A stretch of 64,000 nucleotides of DNA from an uncultured delta proteobacterium (GTDB lineage: Bacteria; Desulfobacterota; Binatia; HRBIN30; BPIQ01): the NCBI GenBank assembly GCA_963761335.1, contig CAVXGR010000021.1, forward strand, positions 192,001-256,000. Reading direction: 5' to 3'. Below the pieces are notes generated by a model. The model saw only the letters and a program-made list of their open reading frames with translations, was not told where the DNA came from and made no database searches. The position numbers and the translations under genes are program-made. Positions 17,877 to 26,719 of the stretch are shown piece after piece; within the stretch, counting starts at the first letter, position 1; every line of letters begins with the position of its first letter.

Positions 17877-20591
17877 TCAGTCGAGCGGCGCTACCCGCAT
17901 GCGGCCGTCGACGGCGACGGCGCCCTTGCCCGGGGCGAGGATCTTCACGGGGTTGAGATCGATCTCGCGAATCTCCGGCACCACCTCGACCAGCGCCGAG
18001 ACGCGCGTGATCACCTCGATGAATGCCTGGCGGTCGCCCGGCGGTGCGCCGCGGTAGCCGTCGAGCAGGCGGGCGGCGCGCAGCTTGTCGATCATCGCCT
18101 CGGCCTCGACGTCGGTGACCGGTGGCAGGCCGAAGGACACGTCGCGCAGCAGCTCGACGAGAACGCCGCCGAGACCGCAGACGAGAAGCGGTCCGAACGT
18201 CGAGTCGGTGGTGACGCCGACCAGCGCTTCGATGCCGCCGCTGATCTGGCGTTGCAGCAGCACGCCGTCGAGATGCGTGCCGATGCTCTTCATGCGCTGC
18301 TCCAGCGTGTCGACTGCCGCCGCCACCGTCTCGGGGGAGACCAGGTCCATGATGACGCCGCCCACGTCGCTCTTGTGCAGCACCCCGGGGGCGATCGCCT
18401 TGGCCACCAGCGGATAGCCCATGCGCTCCGCGGTGGCCACCGCCTCCGCCGGCAGTGTCTGCTCCGCGGTCGCCATGTGGATGCCGGCGATGCGCAGCAG
18501 GATGGCCAGGTCGCTCGGCGCCACCCAGCGCGCCGCGCCGGCGGCGTGCGCGTCGCCGGCGAGAATGCGCTCGATGACACGCCGCGCCGCCTGGCGCGAG
18601 AAGTCGTCGAGCTCGCGTGCCGCAGTGCGCGGCTTCGTTTTCCAGCGGCCGTACCATTCGGCCCGCGACAGCGCCAAGGCGGCGTTCTCGGGAAAGCTGT
18701 ACGAGGGCAGGCGCCCGCGCGGCCCGGTGGAGAGCATGTGCGGCGCTCCCTTGGAGGAGATGAACACGGTCAGCACCGGCTTGTGGGGCGGTACGGCGGC
18801 GGCGCCACGAGCAATGGCAGCGGCGATCTCCTCGGGGCGGCTGACCATCGGCGGGATGTAGATCACCACCAGTGAATCGACGACCGCATCCTGTCCGACG
18901 GCGGTGATGGCGCGCTCGTATTGCTCCGGCGTCGCCGAGGCGATCATGTCGATCGGGTTTGCCAGCCCTGCGGTCGCCGGCAGGAAGGAGCGCAGCGTCG
19001 CCAGCGTCGGCGGGGTCAGCTCCGGGAGCTCCAGTCCCTGCGCCTCGCAGGCGTCGGCGAGGAGAATCCCCGGGCCGCCGGCGTTGGTGACCACGCCGAC
19101 GCGACGGCCGCCGGGAATCGGTTGCGTCGACAGCAGGGCGGCGATGTCGAAGAGCTCCTCGAGCGTGTTCGTGCGGATGACGCCGGCCTGCTCGAAGAGC
19201 GCGTCGACGGCGACGTCGAGGCTCGCCAGCGCCGCCGAGTGGCTGGAAGCGGCGCGGGAGCCGGCGGCGGAGCGGCCGGACTTGACGGCGACGATCGGTG
19301 TGCGCCGCGCCACCTGCGGGGCGATACGCGCGAAGCGGCGCGGGTTGCCGAAGCTCTCGAGGTACATGAGGATCACCTCGGTGCGCGGGTCGTCCGACCA
19401 GTAGGCGAGCATGTCGTTGCCGGAGACGTCCGCCTTGTTGCCCACCGAGACGAAGTTGGAGATGCCGAGGTTGAGGCCGTGCACGTAGTCGAGTATCGCC
19501 AGGCCGAGGGCGCCGCTCTGCGAGAGCATGCCGATGTTGCCGGCGGGCGGCCAGTTGGGCGCGAAGGTGGCGTTCATCGAGATCGCCGGATCGGTGTTGA
19601 GAATGCCCATGCAATTGGGGCCGATCATGCGCATGCCGGCACCGCGCACCAGCGCCGTGAGTCGCTGCTGGAGCGCGCGGCCCTCGGGGGAGACCTCGGC
19701 AAATCCGGCGGAGATGACCACCACGCCGCGCACCTGGGCGTGCGCGCAGTCGGCGATGGCGCCTTCCACGGCGGCGGCGGGGACGGCGATGACGGCGAGG
19801 TCGACCGGGGCACCCACGGCGCTGACCGAGGGAAAGGCGCGCACTCCGTCGATCTCCGTCGCCTTCGGGTTGACGGGGTAGATGGGGCCGGTGAAGCCGT
19901 TTCTCCGCAGGTTGCTGAGGATCGCGGCGCCGATGGTGCCGGCGTGGCGCGAGGCGCCGATCACGGCCACGGAGCGCGGGTTGAGCATGTTGCGGATGCT
20001 CTGCGCCGCGGCTTGCAGCTCGCGCGCCTCGCTGGAGACGCGCGCCTTCTCGGTCTCGCGCGTGGGAAAGGACACGTGCACCACGCCGCCATCGATCGAA
20101 CGCTGGACGGTGAAGCCGCTGGCGGCGAAGACGTCGAGCATCTGGTTGTTGTCGCCCAGCACCTCGGCCTCGAACTCGGTGATGCCGTTGCCGCGGGCGA
20201 TGGCGGCCAGATGGCTGAGCAGCAGCGTACCGATGCCGCGGCCCTGGTACTCGTCGGCCACCGCGAAGGCGACCTCGGCCCGCTGCGGCGCGCCTTCGTC
20301 GGTGCGCGCAATGTAGCGGCCGACGCCGATCAGGCGTTCCTCCCCGTCCTGCAACAGGGTGGCCACCAGGGCGACGTGGTGCACGAAGTCGAGCTCCGTG
20401 AAGCGCACCAGCTCCTCGTCGGTCAGCCGCCGCTTCATGCCGAAGAAGCGGTAGTACACCGAGCGCTGGCTCAGCCGTTGGAAATGGTCGACCAGGCGCT
20501 CCTTGTCGTCGGGCCGGATGGCGCGAATGTGAATCGATCCGCCGTCGCGCAGAATCTCCTCGACGGCGTAGCTACGGGCGTCGCTGCTCAC
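17877..20591 (-). CDS. GNAT acetyltransferase fused to NDP-forming acyl-CoA synthetase domains (Pat-like, GNAT N-terminal)
   Basis: AEVAFAVADEYQGRGIGT (GNAT); VAVIGAS, GPNCMG, SQSGALG, AASSHS, TNAGGPG, NPIDM, HKSDVGGV and IDLNPV. Confidence 0.92.
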   Translation of the reverse strand: MSSDARSYAVEEILRDGGSIHIRAIRPDDKERLVDHFQRLSQRSVYYRFFGMKRRLTDEELVRFTELDFVHHVALVATLLQDGEERLIGVGRYIARTDEGAPQRAEVAFAVADEYQGRGIGTLLLSHLAAIARGNGITEFEAEVLGDNNQMLDVFAASGFTVQRSIDGGVVHVSFPTRETEKARVSSEARELQAAAQSIRNMLNPRSVAVIGASRHAGTIGAAILSNLRRNGFTGPIYPVNPKATEIDGVRAFPSVSAVGAPVDLAVIAVPAAAVEGAIADCAHAQVRGVVVISAGFAEVSPEGRALQQRLTALVRGAGMRMIGPNCMGILNTDPAISMNATFAPNWPPAGNIGMLSQSGALGLAILDYVHGLNLGISNFVSVGNKADVSGNDMLAYWSDDPRTEVILMYLESFGNPRRFARIAPQVARRTPIVAVKSGRSAAGSRAASSHSAALASLDVAVDALFEQAGVIRTNTLEELFDIAALLSTQPIPGGRRVGVVTNAGGPGILLADACEAQGLELPELTPPTLATLRSFLPATAGLANPIDMIASATPEQYERAITAVGQDAVVDSLVVIYIPPMVSRPEEIAAAIARGAAAVPPHKPVLTVFISSKGAPHMLSTGPRGRLPSYSFPENAALALSRAEWYGRWKTKPRTAARELDDFSRQAARRVIERILAGDAHAAGAARWVAPSDLAILLRIAGIHMATAEQTLPAEAVATAERMGYPLVAKAIAPGVLHKSDVGGVIMDLVSPETVAAAVDTLEQRMKSIGTHLDGVLLQRQISGGIEALVGVTTDSTFGPLLVCGLGGVLVELLRDVSFGLPPVTDVEAEAMIDKLRAARLLDGYRGAPPGDRQAFIEVITRVSALVEVVPEIREIDLNPVKILAPGKGAVAVDGRMRVAPLD

Positions 20592-23032
20592 TCGCCACTC
20601 TTGCCGTTCGCCGGCGCCGCCGCCGGCGGGCGGGCGAAATCGCGAAGCCGCTCCGCCAGAGCCCGCAGGTGCGCGGACGCCTTGAAATGGATCGAGCCCT
20701 CCTGGGCGACGTCGCCGGCGTCGACGCCGGTGAGCAGCGACAGCGCCTCGTCCACGGTGCGCACCGGGTAGACGTGGAAACGGCCGCTGCGCACCGCCTC
20801 GACGATCTCGGGGCGCAGCACCAGGTTGTCGACGTTCTGCACCGGAATGACGACCCCCTGCCGGCCGGTGAGACCGACGGCGCGGCAGACGTGAAAGAAG
20901 CCCTCGACCTTCTCGTTGACGCCGCCGATCGGCTGCACCTCTCCGAACTGATTGATGCTGCCGGTGATCGCCAGGTCCTGGCGCAGCGGCACGCCGCTCA
21001 CGCTGGAGATCAGCGCCAGCGCCTCGGCGGCGGAGGCGCTGTCACCGTCGATTCCGGTGTAGGACTGCTCGAAGGAGAGACTCGCCGAGAGGCTCAGGGG
21101 AAAGTCCTGGGCATACATCTGCCGCAGATATCCGGTGATGATGAGCACCGCCTTGTCGTACGACTTGCCGCTCATCTTCGCCTCGCGATCGACGGCGATG
21201 ACTCCCTGGGCTCCCATGGACACCGCCGCGGTGATGCGTGAGGGGCGGCCGAAGCTGTAGCCGCCGATGTCGAGCACCGCCAGGCCGTTCACCTGCCCGA
21301 TGCGCGTGCCGTCGACATCGACGAGGAGGACTCGGTCGCGGATGAGCTCGCGGATCTTCGCTTCGACGCGGTCGAGCCGGTAGATTTGCTGCTCGATGGC
21401 TTCCTGCACGTCCTCGACGGCGACCTGGGCGTGCTCGTGACGGCGCGCCCAGAAGGCGGACTCGCGCATGGTGTCGGCGAGCTCGGACCATTGGCTGGGC
21501 AGCTTGCGGCGGTCGCCGACGTCGCGGGCGGCGCTCTCCAGGAGGCGGGCCACCGCCGCCGCGGTGAACGGGGGCATGGACTCCTCGCGAGCGATGCGCG
21601 CCACCTGGGCAATGAAGTTGCGGCGCGCCTCATCGCCTTCGGCCTCGAAGCCGAAGTCGGCGCGCACCTTGAAGATCTCGCGAAAGCTCTCGTCGTAGAA
21701 GTAGAGCAGCTGAAAGATCTCCGTCGGGCCGGTGAGCACCACGCGCGTATCGATGGTCATCAGCTCCGGCTTCAGCGCCGAGGTGGTGAACAGGGCCAGC
21801 GGATCGTAGGTTTCGATCTCCAGACGACCGGTCTTCAGGCACTGGCGCAGAGCCCGCCATACCAGCGGCTCGGAGAGCGCGTCGACGACATTGACGACGA
21901 GGCAGCCGCCATGGGCCCGCAGCAGGGAGCCGGCAGTGACGCGCGTGAAGTTGGTCACCAGTTTGCCGGAGCGGTCCACCATGCGCTCGACGGCGCCGAA
22001 GATGTTGCGATAGGTGGGCGACGACTCGACGATGATCGGCGCTCCCTTGCTCTGGCCGTTGTCGACCAGAACGTTCACCTGGTAGTCGACCAGGTCGTCC
22101 TCTGCCGTGGGGCCGGCGAACAGGAACGGCATCGCCGGCGCTTGCGGCCGCTGCTCGCGGAAGGCCTCGAGGTTGTCGATGATGTGGTCGCGCACTTCGG
22201 CGAGATAGGTGCGCACCTCGTCGTGCGGAAAGCGCTCGATGAGCTCCTCGATCAGGGGGTTGACGATCTCCTGCGCGACGCGCCGCTCGGCCGCCTTCAC
22301 CTCGCGGGTCATGCGGCCCATCAGCGAGCGGTGCTGGCGCATGACGGCCTTCACCTCGCGGCTGAGCTCCCGCTGGCGGCGGCGCATATCGGCCTGCTCC
22401 TCCTCGCTCAGCTTCTCGAGGTCGCCCGGCTCCATCGGCCGGCCTTCCTTGTTGAGCGGGATGTAGAGAATTTGCCCGTCCTGCCCCGGCTGTAGGGCGA
22501 AGCCCGCCTGGCGCGCCTGCTCGCCGAGCTTGCGGTTGATCTCCTCTCCCTGCTGGCCGTATTGCTCCGAGAGCCGCTCCTTCTCCTCCTCGAAGGTTTC
22601 CTCGCGGAAGGTCTCTGGCAGCACGCGCTTGAGCTCCTCGACCAGGCCGCGCATGTCGTTGCGCAGGCGAGCTCCCCAGCCGGCGGGGAGATAGACGGCG
22701 CGCGGCCGGTCCGGGTTGAGGAAGTTCTGCACCAGGGCCCGATCGCCGGGCGTCGGCTGACCGGCGGAGAAGCCGCGCAGCAGCTCGGCGAGGACCTGGT
22801 CGCGGTGGGTTCCGGTGAGCCCGCAGACGAAGATGTTGTAGCCGGCGTGGCGCACTTGCAGCCCGAGCTCGAGGGCGGCGAGGGCGCGCTCCTGTCCGAT
22901 CCAGTGGCCATCCCCGCTGATCTCGTCGGTGGTCTGGAATCCCAGAGCCGCAACGTCGACCGCCAGGGTCAGCTCCGACGGGGTGAGCTCGCGTGCGGGC
23001 GCCGCTGGGTGCATGCCTTCCTCCGTGGTCAT
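20588..23032 (-). CDS. Lon-like protease (LonC/AAA_32 type)
   Basis: IGQERA N-terminus; long coiled-coil insert; GQVNGLAV; IDGDSAS (Ser) and GGVNEKVEGF (Lys) dyad; degenerate Walker A GLTGTHR. Confidence 0.9.
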   Translation of the reverse strand: MTTEEGMHPAAPARELTPSELTLAVDVAALGFQTTDEISGDGHWIGQERALAALELGLQVRHAGYNIFVCGLTGTHRDQVLAELLRGFSAGQPTPGDRALVQNFLNPDRPRAVYLPAGWGARLRNDMRGLVEELKRVLPETFREETFEEEKERLSEQYGQQGEEINRKLGEQARQAGFALQPGQDGQILYIPLNKEGRPMEPGDLEKLSEEEQADMRRRQRELSREVKAVMRQHRSLMGRMTREVKAAERRVAQEIVNPLIEELIERFPHDEVRTYLAEVRDHIIDNLEAFREQRPQAPAMPFLFAGPTAEDDLVDYQVNVLVDNGQSKGAPIIVESSPTYRNIFGAVERMVDRSGKLVTNFTRVTAGSLLRAHGGCLVVNVVDALSEPLVWRALRQCLKTGRLEIETYDPLALFTTSALKPELMTIDTRVVLTGPTEIFQLLYFYDESFREIFKVRADFGFEAEGDEARRNFIAQVARIAREESMPPFTAAAVARLLESAARDVGDRRKLPSQWSELADTMRESAFWARRHEHAQVAVEDVQEAIEQQIYRLDRVEAKIRELIRDRVLLVDVDGTRIGQVNGLAVLDIGGYSFGRPSRITAAVSMGAQGVIAVDREAKMSGKSYDKAVLIITGYLRQMYAQDFPLSLSASLSFEQSYTGIDGDSASAAEALALISSVSGVPLRQDLAITGSINQFGEVQPIGGVNEKVEGFFHVCRAVGLTGRQGVVIPVQNVDNLVLRPEIVEAVRSGRFHVYPVRTVDEALSLLTGVDAGDVAQEGSIHFKASAHLRALAERLRDFARPPAAAPANGKSGE

Positions 23033-23039
23033 GCGGCCG

Positions 23040-23426
23040 TCAGCGCTGCCGCAGGCTGACGCGGATGCGCAGCACGTGGTCCTCGAAGCGCGCCTCGACG
23101 GAGCCGACCTCGGCGTGCTCGGGCAGGAGAAAGGAGTGGCGCATGAGCTCGCCCTCGACCGCGGTGGTCTCTCCCGCGTGGCTCGTGCGCGCCGTGCGGC
23201 GGCGCACGGCCACCACCAGGTTGCGGCCCTCGATGGTCAGCGCCAGGTCGTTCTGTCCCGCGCCCGGAAGGGGGATCTCCGCCTCCCAGCCGATGGACTC
23301 GCCCGTACCCCAGCCGCGCGGCCGCGGGCGAAGCGGCTGGCCCCACGGGTCGTGGACTAGCTCGTCGAACAGCCGGTTGATTTCGTCGATGAATCTCGGC
23401 AGCGACACGATCGGTTTCCCTGACAC
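23040..23426 (-). CDS. Hsp20/alpha-crystallin-like small heat-shock protein
   Basis: DEINRLFDE, EIPLPG, RHSFLLP and VEARFEDHVLRIRV; GTG start 12 nt after AAGGAGG. Confidence 0.75.
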   Translation of the reverse strand: MSGKPIVSLPRFIDEINRLFDELVHDPWGQPLRPRPRGWGTGESIGWEAEIPLPGAGQNDLALTIEGRNLVVAVRRRTARTSHAGETTAVEGELMRHSFLLPEHAEVGSVEARFEDHVLRIRVSLRQR

Positions 23427-23614
23427 AGACGCTCGCGGCCTCCTTGTAGCACACGCCGACCGGGCGACAAGGCGGAGAGCCGCCGCGCCTGCTCGGCGGA
23501 ATCGCGCCCCGCGCAGCGCTGCGCGCAATCGCAATCTTCGCGACCCCTCACCTCAATATTGTTGCAGGCGGCCGACGGTTCTGACTATATCTCGTATTTC
23601 CGGGGCGATTGAAC

Positions 23615-24916
23615 ATGAGAGCAACTGTGTCTCCCAAGCGCGGCCTCGGCCGCTTTCTTCCCGGCGTCGCCGCGGCGCTGGCGCTACTGCTGCTTCCCGG
23701 CCGAAGCGCGCTTGCCGGTTCGGGCGGAGTGCCGCAGCTGCAGGGTCTGCTCGAAACCGCCGACATCGCCGTTGCCGCTCGGGTCAGCGGCGCCACCTCT
23801 TACGACGACGGGCGCGTGGTCGTCGATCACCTCCATGTGTTGCGCCGGCTCAAGGTGAAGCCGATGTTCGCGGAGCGGATCAGCGGCGATACGATTGACG
23901 TCGTCGAGGTTCGCGACCTGCAGGCGCCGCCCTTGCTGCGGGCGGGAGCGCTCGTCGTCGCCTTCTTGCGACCGGCGGCGATGAACAGCTATCTGCGGCG
24001 CACGCTGCCGAAGGGCCGGTATCTGCAGCCGGTGCACGGCGCCGGCGGCCTGCTGGTCTCGAGCACTGCCGCGCAGGCGGACGAGGTGGCCGACATCGTC
24101 GCACGCCTCGTCGAGGGGCGGGAACATCCGCCGCGGGATGCCGCGGAGCGCGCCGCGTCCTTCCGCGAGCTGACCTTCGAAATGCTGCCGAGCGAGCAGC
24201 CGGCGCTCATCGTCGACGCCGCCTCGCGCCTGAAGAGGATTGCCGACCTGGCGAGCACGCTGGCGCCGGCGGAGCAGCAGCGACTGGAAAAGGCGCTGTC
24301 CGCCAAGGAGGTGCCGGCCTATGCCCGCCGCGTCCTCATCGAGGCGATCGCCGACTGCGGCCTCACCCAGCTGGCGCCGGCGCTGGCGCGCCTGCGAGAG
24401 CCGCAGCTGATGGCGGCCAGCTGGAAGGCCCTGGATCGACTCGGCGCCAGCCCCGGAGCCAAGACGGTGCGCGATGCCGCGGCGAGCGAGGATCCTGCGG
24501 TGCGCGCTGCCGCCGTCCCTGAGATCCTGCGCGCCGAGGGCAACGACGCCATTGCCGACGTGAAGCGCATTGCCGAGAAGGACTCCGACGCGGCCGTCCG
24601 CGAAGCGGCGATCCAGTCTCTGGGCGAGAACGGCACGCCGGCGGCGGTCGAGGCACTGCAGGAGATCTATGTCGGTCCCGACTGGAAGACCACGCAGGCG
24701 GCGGCGCGAGCCATCCTCAAGATCGGCGGACAGACGGCGGCGGAGACGTTCTCGACGCTGGCGAATCGCGGATCGCGGGAACAGCAGCGCTACGCGGTGA
24801 TGGTGCTCCTCAGCCTCGTCGGCAAGGACGACCCGGCGGTGCGGCGCATCGCCAAGACGCATCCCGACCAGAACATCCGCGACATGATCGAGCACGGCGT
24901 GCGCTTGGCGGATTGA
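23615..24916 (+). CDS. Exported HEAT-repeat protein
   Basis: Signal peptide ending ALA-G; DPAVRAAA and DAAVREAAIQSLG repeats. Confidence 0.72.
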   Translation: MRATVSPKRGLGRFLPGVAAALALLLLPGRSALAGSGGVPQLQGLLETADIAVAARVSGATSYDDGRVVVDHLHVLRRLKVKPMFAERISGDTIDVVEVRDLQAPPLLRAGALVVAFLRPAAMNSYLRRTLPKGRYLQPVHGAGGLLVSSTAAQADEVADIVARLVEGREHPPRDAAERAASFRELTFEMLPSEQPALIVDAASRLKRIADLASTLAPAEQQRLEKALSAKEVPAYARRVLIEAIADCGLTQLAPALARLREPQLMAASWKALDRLGASPGAKTVRDAAASEDPAVRAAAVPEILRAEGNDAIADVKRIAEKDSDAAVREAAIQSLGENGTPAAVEALQEIYVGPDWKTTQAAARAILKIGGQTAAETFSTLANRGSREQQRYAVMVLLSLVGKDDPAVRRIAKTHPDQNIRDMIEHGVRLAD

Positions 24917-24919
24917 GAG

Positions 24920-25336
24920 ATGGGCGGTCGGGTTCGCCGGTCGATGGGTTGGCGCGTTTCCGTCTTCGCCGTGGTCGCGGCGCTCGCCGCCGCCGGGACG
25001 GCGCTGGCGCACGTGCCGATGATGATGACCACGCGCCAGCTGGTGCGCATCCAGGGCTACGGCGGCACTCCCCCCGGGAAGATGGAGTCGAAGCCGCTGC
25101 TGCTGGTGGTGCTCGGCGAGGAGCACAGGCTGAACTCCATCGATTTCCGCGTCTTCGGCTTCGCCGAAGAAACGGGCGACGCCAAGCCGGAGCCGGATCG
25201 ATTCGTCCTGCGGGGCGATCGAGCCGAGCTTTCGCGTCTGGCCGCGGCGCGCCCCGAGCAACGGGTCACCGTTCTCGCCGAGCGCCGGCAGGGCTCCAGC
25301 GAGCTCTTTCTGCTGGCCCTCGATCTGTGTCCGTAA
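24920..25336 (+). CDS. Exported hypothetical protein
   Basis: 3 bp after the previous stop; signal peptide ending ALA-H; possible alternative start MGWR. Confidence 0.6.
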   Translation: MGGRVRRSMGWRVSVFAVVAALAAAGTALAHVPMMMTTRQLVRIQGYGGTPPGKMESKPLLLVVLGEEHRLNSIDFRVFGFAEETGDAKPEPDRFVLRGDRAELSRLAAARPEQRVTVLAERRQGSSELFLLALDLCP

Positions 25337-25340
25337 GAGG

Positions 25341-25446
25341 CGGTTGTCGGGCTACCGGGTTCGCGGGTTGTCGGGTTGGACAAGACGCGGCCACTGTTCT
25401 AACCCGAACCCGACAACATAACCCGACAACTCGTAACCCGACAACC
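25341..25446. repeat. Inverted array of degenerate 8-mers (GGTTGTCG / CGACAACC), family A copy 2
   Basis: ggttgtcg ggctaccg ggttcgcg ggttgtcg ... aacccgac aacat aacccgac aactcgt aacccgac aacc. Confidence 0.65.
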
Positions 25447-25462
25447 TTTTCCCGGAGCTTTC

Positions 25463-26446
25463 ATGAAGACCACCGACCTACAGACTCCCGCTCTGGTCGT
25501 CGATGCGGCGGCATTGGAGCACAATCTCAAGACCATGGCCGCGGCGCTCCCCGGGGCGCGAATGCGACCGCACGTGAAGGCGCACAAGTGCACGGCGTTG
25601 GCGCGGCGCCAGGCGGAGGTCGGACATCGGTCCTTCACCTGCGCCACCATCCGCGAGGTCGAGGGAATGGCGGCGGCGGGCCTCGGCGAGGATCTGTTGC
25701 TCGCCAACGAGGTGGTGGACGCCCGCCGCCTGGGCGCCGTGCGCGGCCGGGTCACGCTCGCGGTCGATTCCGAGGCCACCATCGAGGCGGCTGCGGCCGG
25801 CGGCGTGCACGAAGTGGTGATCGACGTCAACGTCGGGCTGCCGCGCTGTGGCTGTATGCCGGATGATGCCGGGCGCCTGGCGGAGCTGGCACGTGCCAAG
25901 GGGCTCTCGGTGCGCGGCGTGATGGGATACGAGGGCCACGCCGTCGGTCTCGACGATCGCGAGGCACGCCAGCGCCTGACGGAGGAGTCGATGCAGCTGC
26001 TGGTGGCGGCGCACGCGGCAGTGGGCGGCGAGCTCATCTCCGCCGGTGGGACCGGGACCTACGACTGCAACACCTGGGCGAACGAGATCCAGGCGGGCTC
26101 CTATGCGCTCATGGACACCGCCTACGCCAAGCTCGGGCTTCCCTTTCGCCAGGCGCTGAGTGTGCTGTCGACGGTCATCTCGGTCTCGGCCGTCTACGGC
26201 GTCGCCGACAGCGGTCTCAAGTCGCTGGGAATGGATCACGGCAACCCCAGCATCGACGGCGCCCAGGTGTGGTTCTGCTCCGATGAGCACACCACCTTCG
26301 CGTCGGCGTCGCCATTGCGCGTCGGCGAGCGGATCCGCGTGTGGCCGGCGCATATCGACCCGACCGTCGCCTATCACGAGCGCATGCACATCGTCTCCGG
26401 CGACGACGTCCTCGACACCTGGCCCGTCGACTTGCGCGGCTGGTAG
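25463..26446 (+). CDS. PLP-dependent fold-type III enzyme (D-threonine aldolase / DSD1 family)
   Basis: TPALVVD, RPHVKAHK (PLP Lys), GVMGYEGH, SAGGTGT, EIQAGSYALMD, SDEH and PAHIDPT. Confidence 0.88.
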   Translation: MKTTDLQTPALVVDAAALEHNLKTMAAALPGARMRPHVKAHKCTALARRQAEVGHRSFTCATIREVEGMAAAGLGEDLLLANEVVDARRLGAVRGRVTLAVDSEATIEAAAAGGVHEVVIDVNVGLPRCGCMPDDAGRLAELARAKGLSVRGVMGYEGHAVGLDDREARQRLTEESMQLLVAAHAAVGGELISAGGTGTYDCNTWANEIQAGSYALMDTAYAKLGLPFRQALSVLSTVISVSAVYGVADSGLKSLGMDHGNPSIDGAQVWFCSDEHTTFASASPLRVGERIRVWPAHIDPTVAYHERMHIVSGDDVLDTWPVDLRGW

Positions 26447-26521
26447 GCCGCGACCCGGAGCCCCGTCAGACCGGCAGCCAGATCTTGCCTTTTTCGACCG
26501 AATGCCGCACAAGAACAACAT

Positions 26522-26650
26522 ATGAGTACCGACGGCCCAGAACGATTCTTCTCGCGTAAGCGTTAGCGCCGCCTTGTCCGGGGTCAGACTTCGGCCTGCG
26601 CAAGGCGGTCGAGGTTTGACCATGCATCGAGCTTTCTCTCTCCGAAACGT
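26522..26650 (+). promoter_or_regulatory. Candidate mgtE leader: 14-codon uORF plus competing RNA stems
   Basis: uORF MSTDGPERFFSRKR* (26522-26566); 15-bp stem 26582-26596/26607-26621 with three G-U pairs; CCGCCTTG (26569-26576) complementary to CAAGGCGG (26601-26608); C/T-rich tract after. Confidence 0.45.
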
Positions 26651-26719
26651 CATTGCCTGGCACGGGCTCGCCCTCCGGCGCCTCTTCTCTGGTCGAGCCT
26701 GCCCAACGGGAGCGCAGCC

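Noticed and set aside
26447..26719. M-box (ykoK) riboswitch upstream of mgtE
   Set aside because: The conserved M-box 5' core (TAGGTGAGGCT-like) is not present; reported instead as a candidate leader-peptide element.
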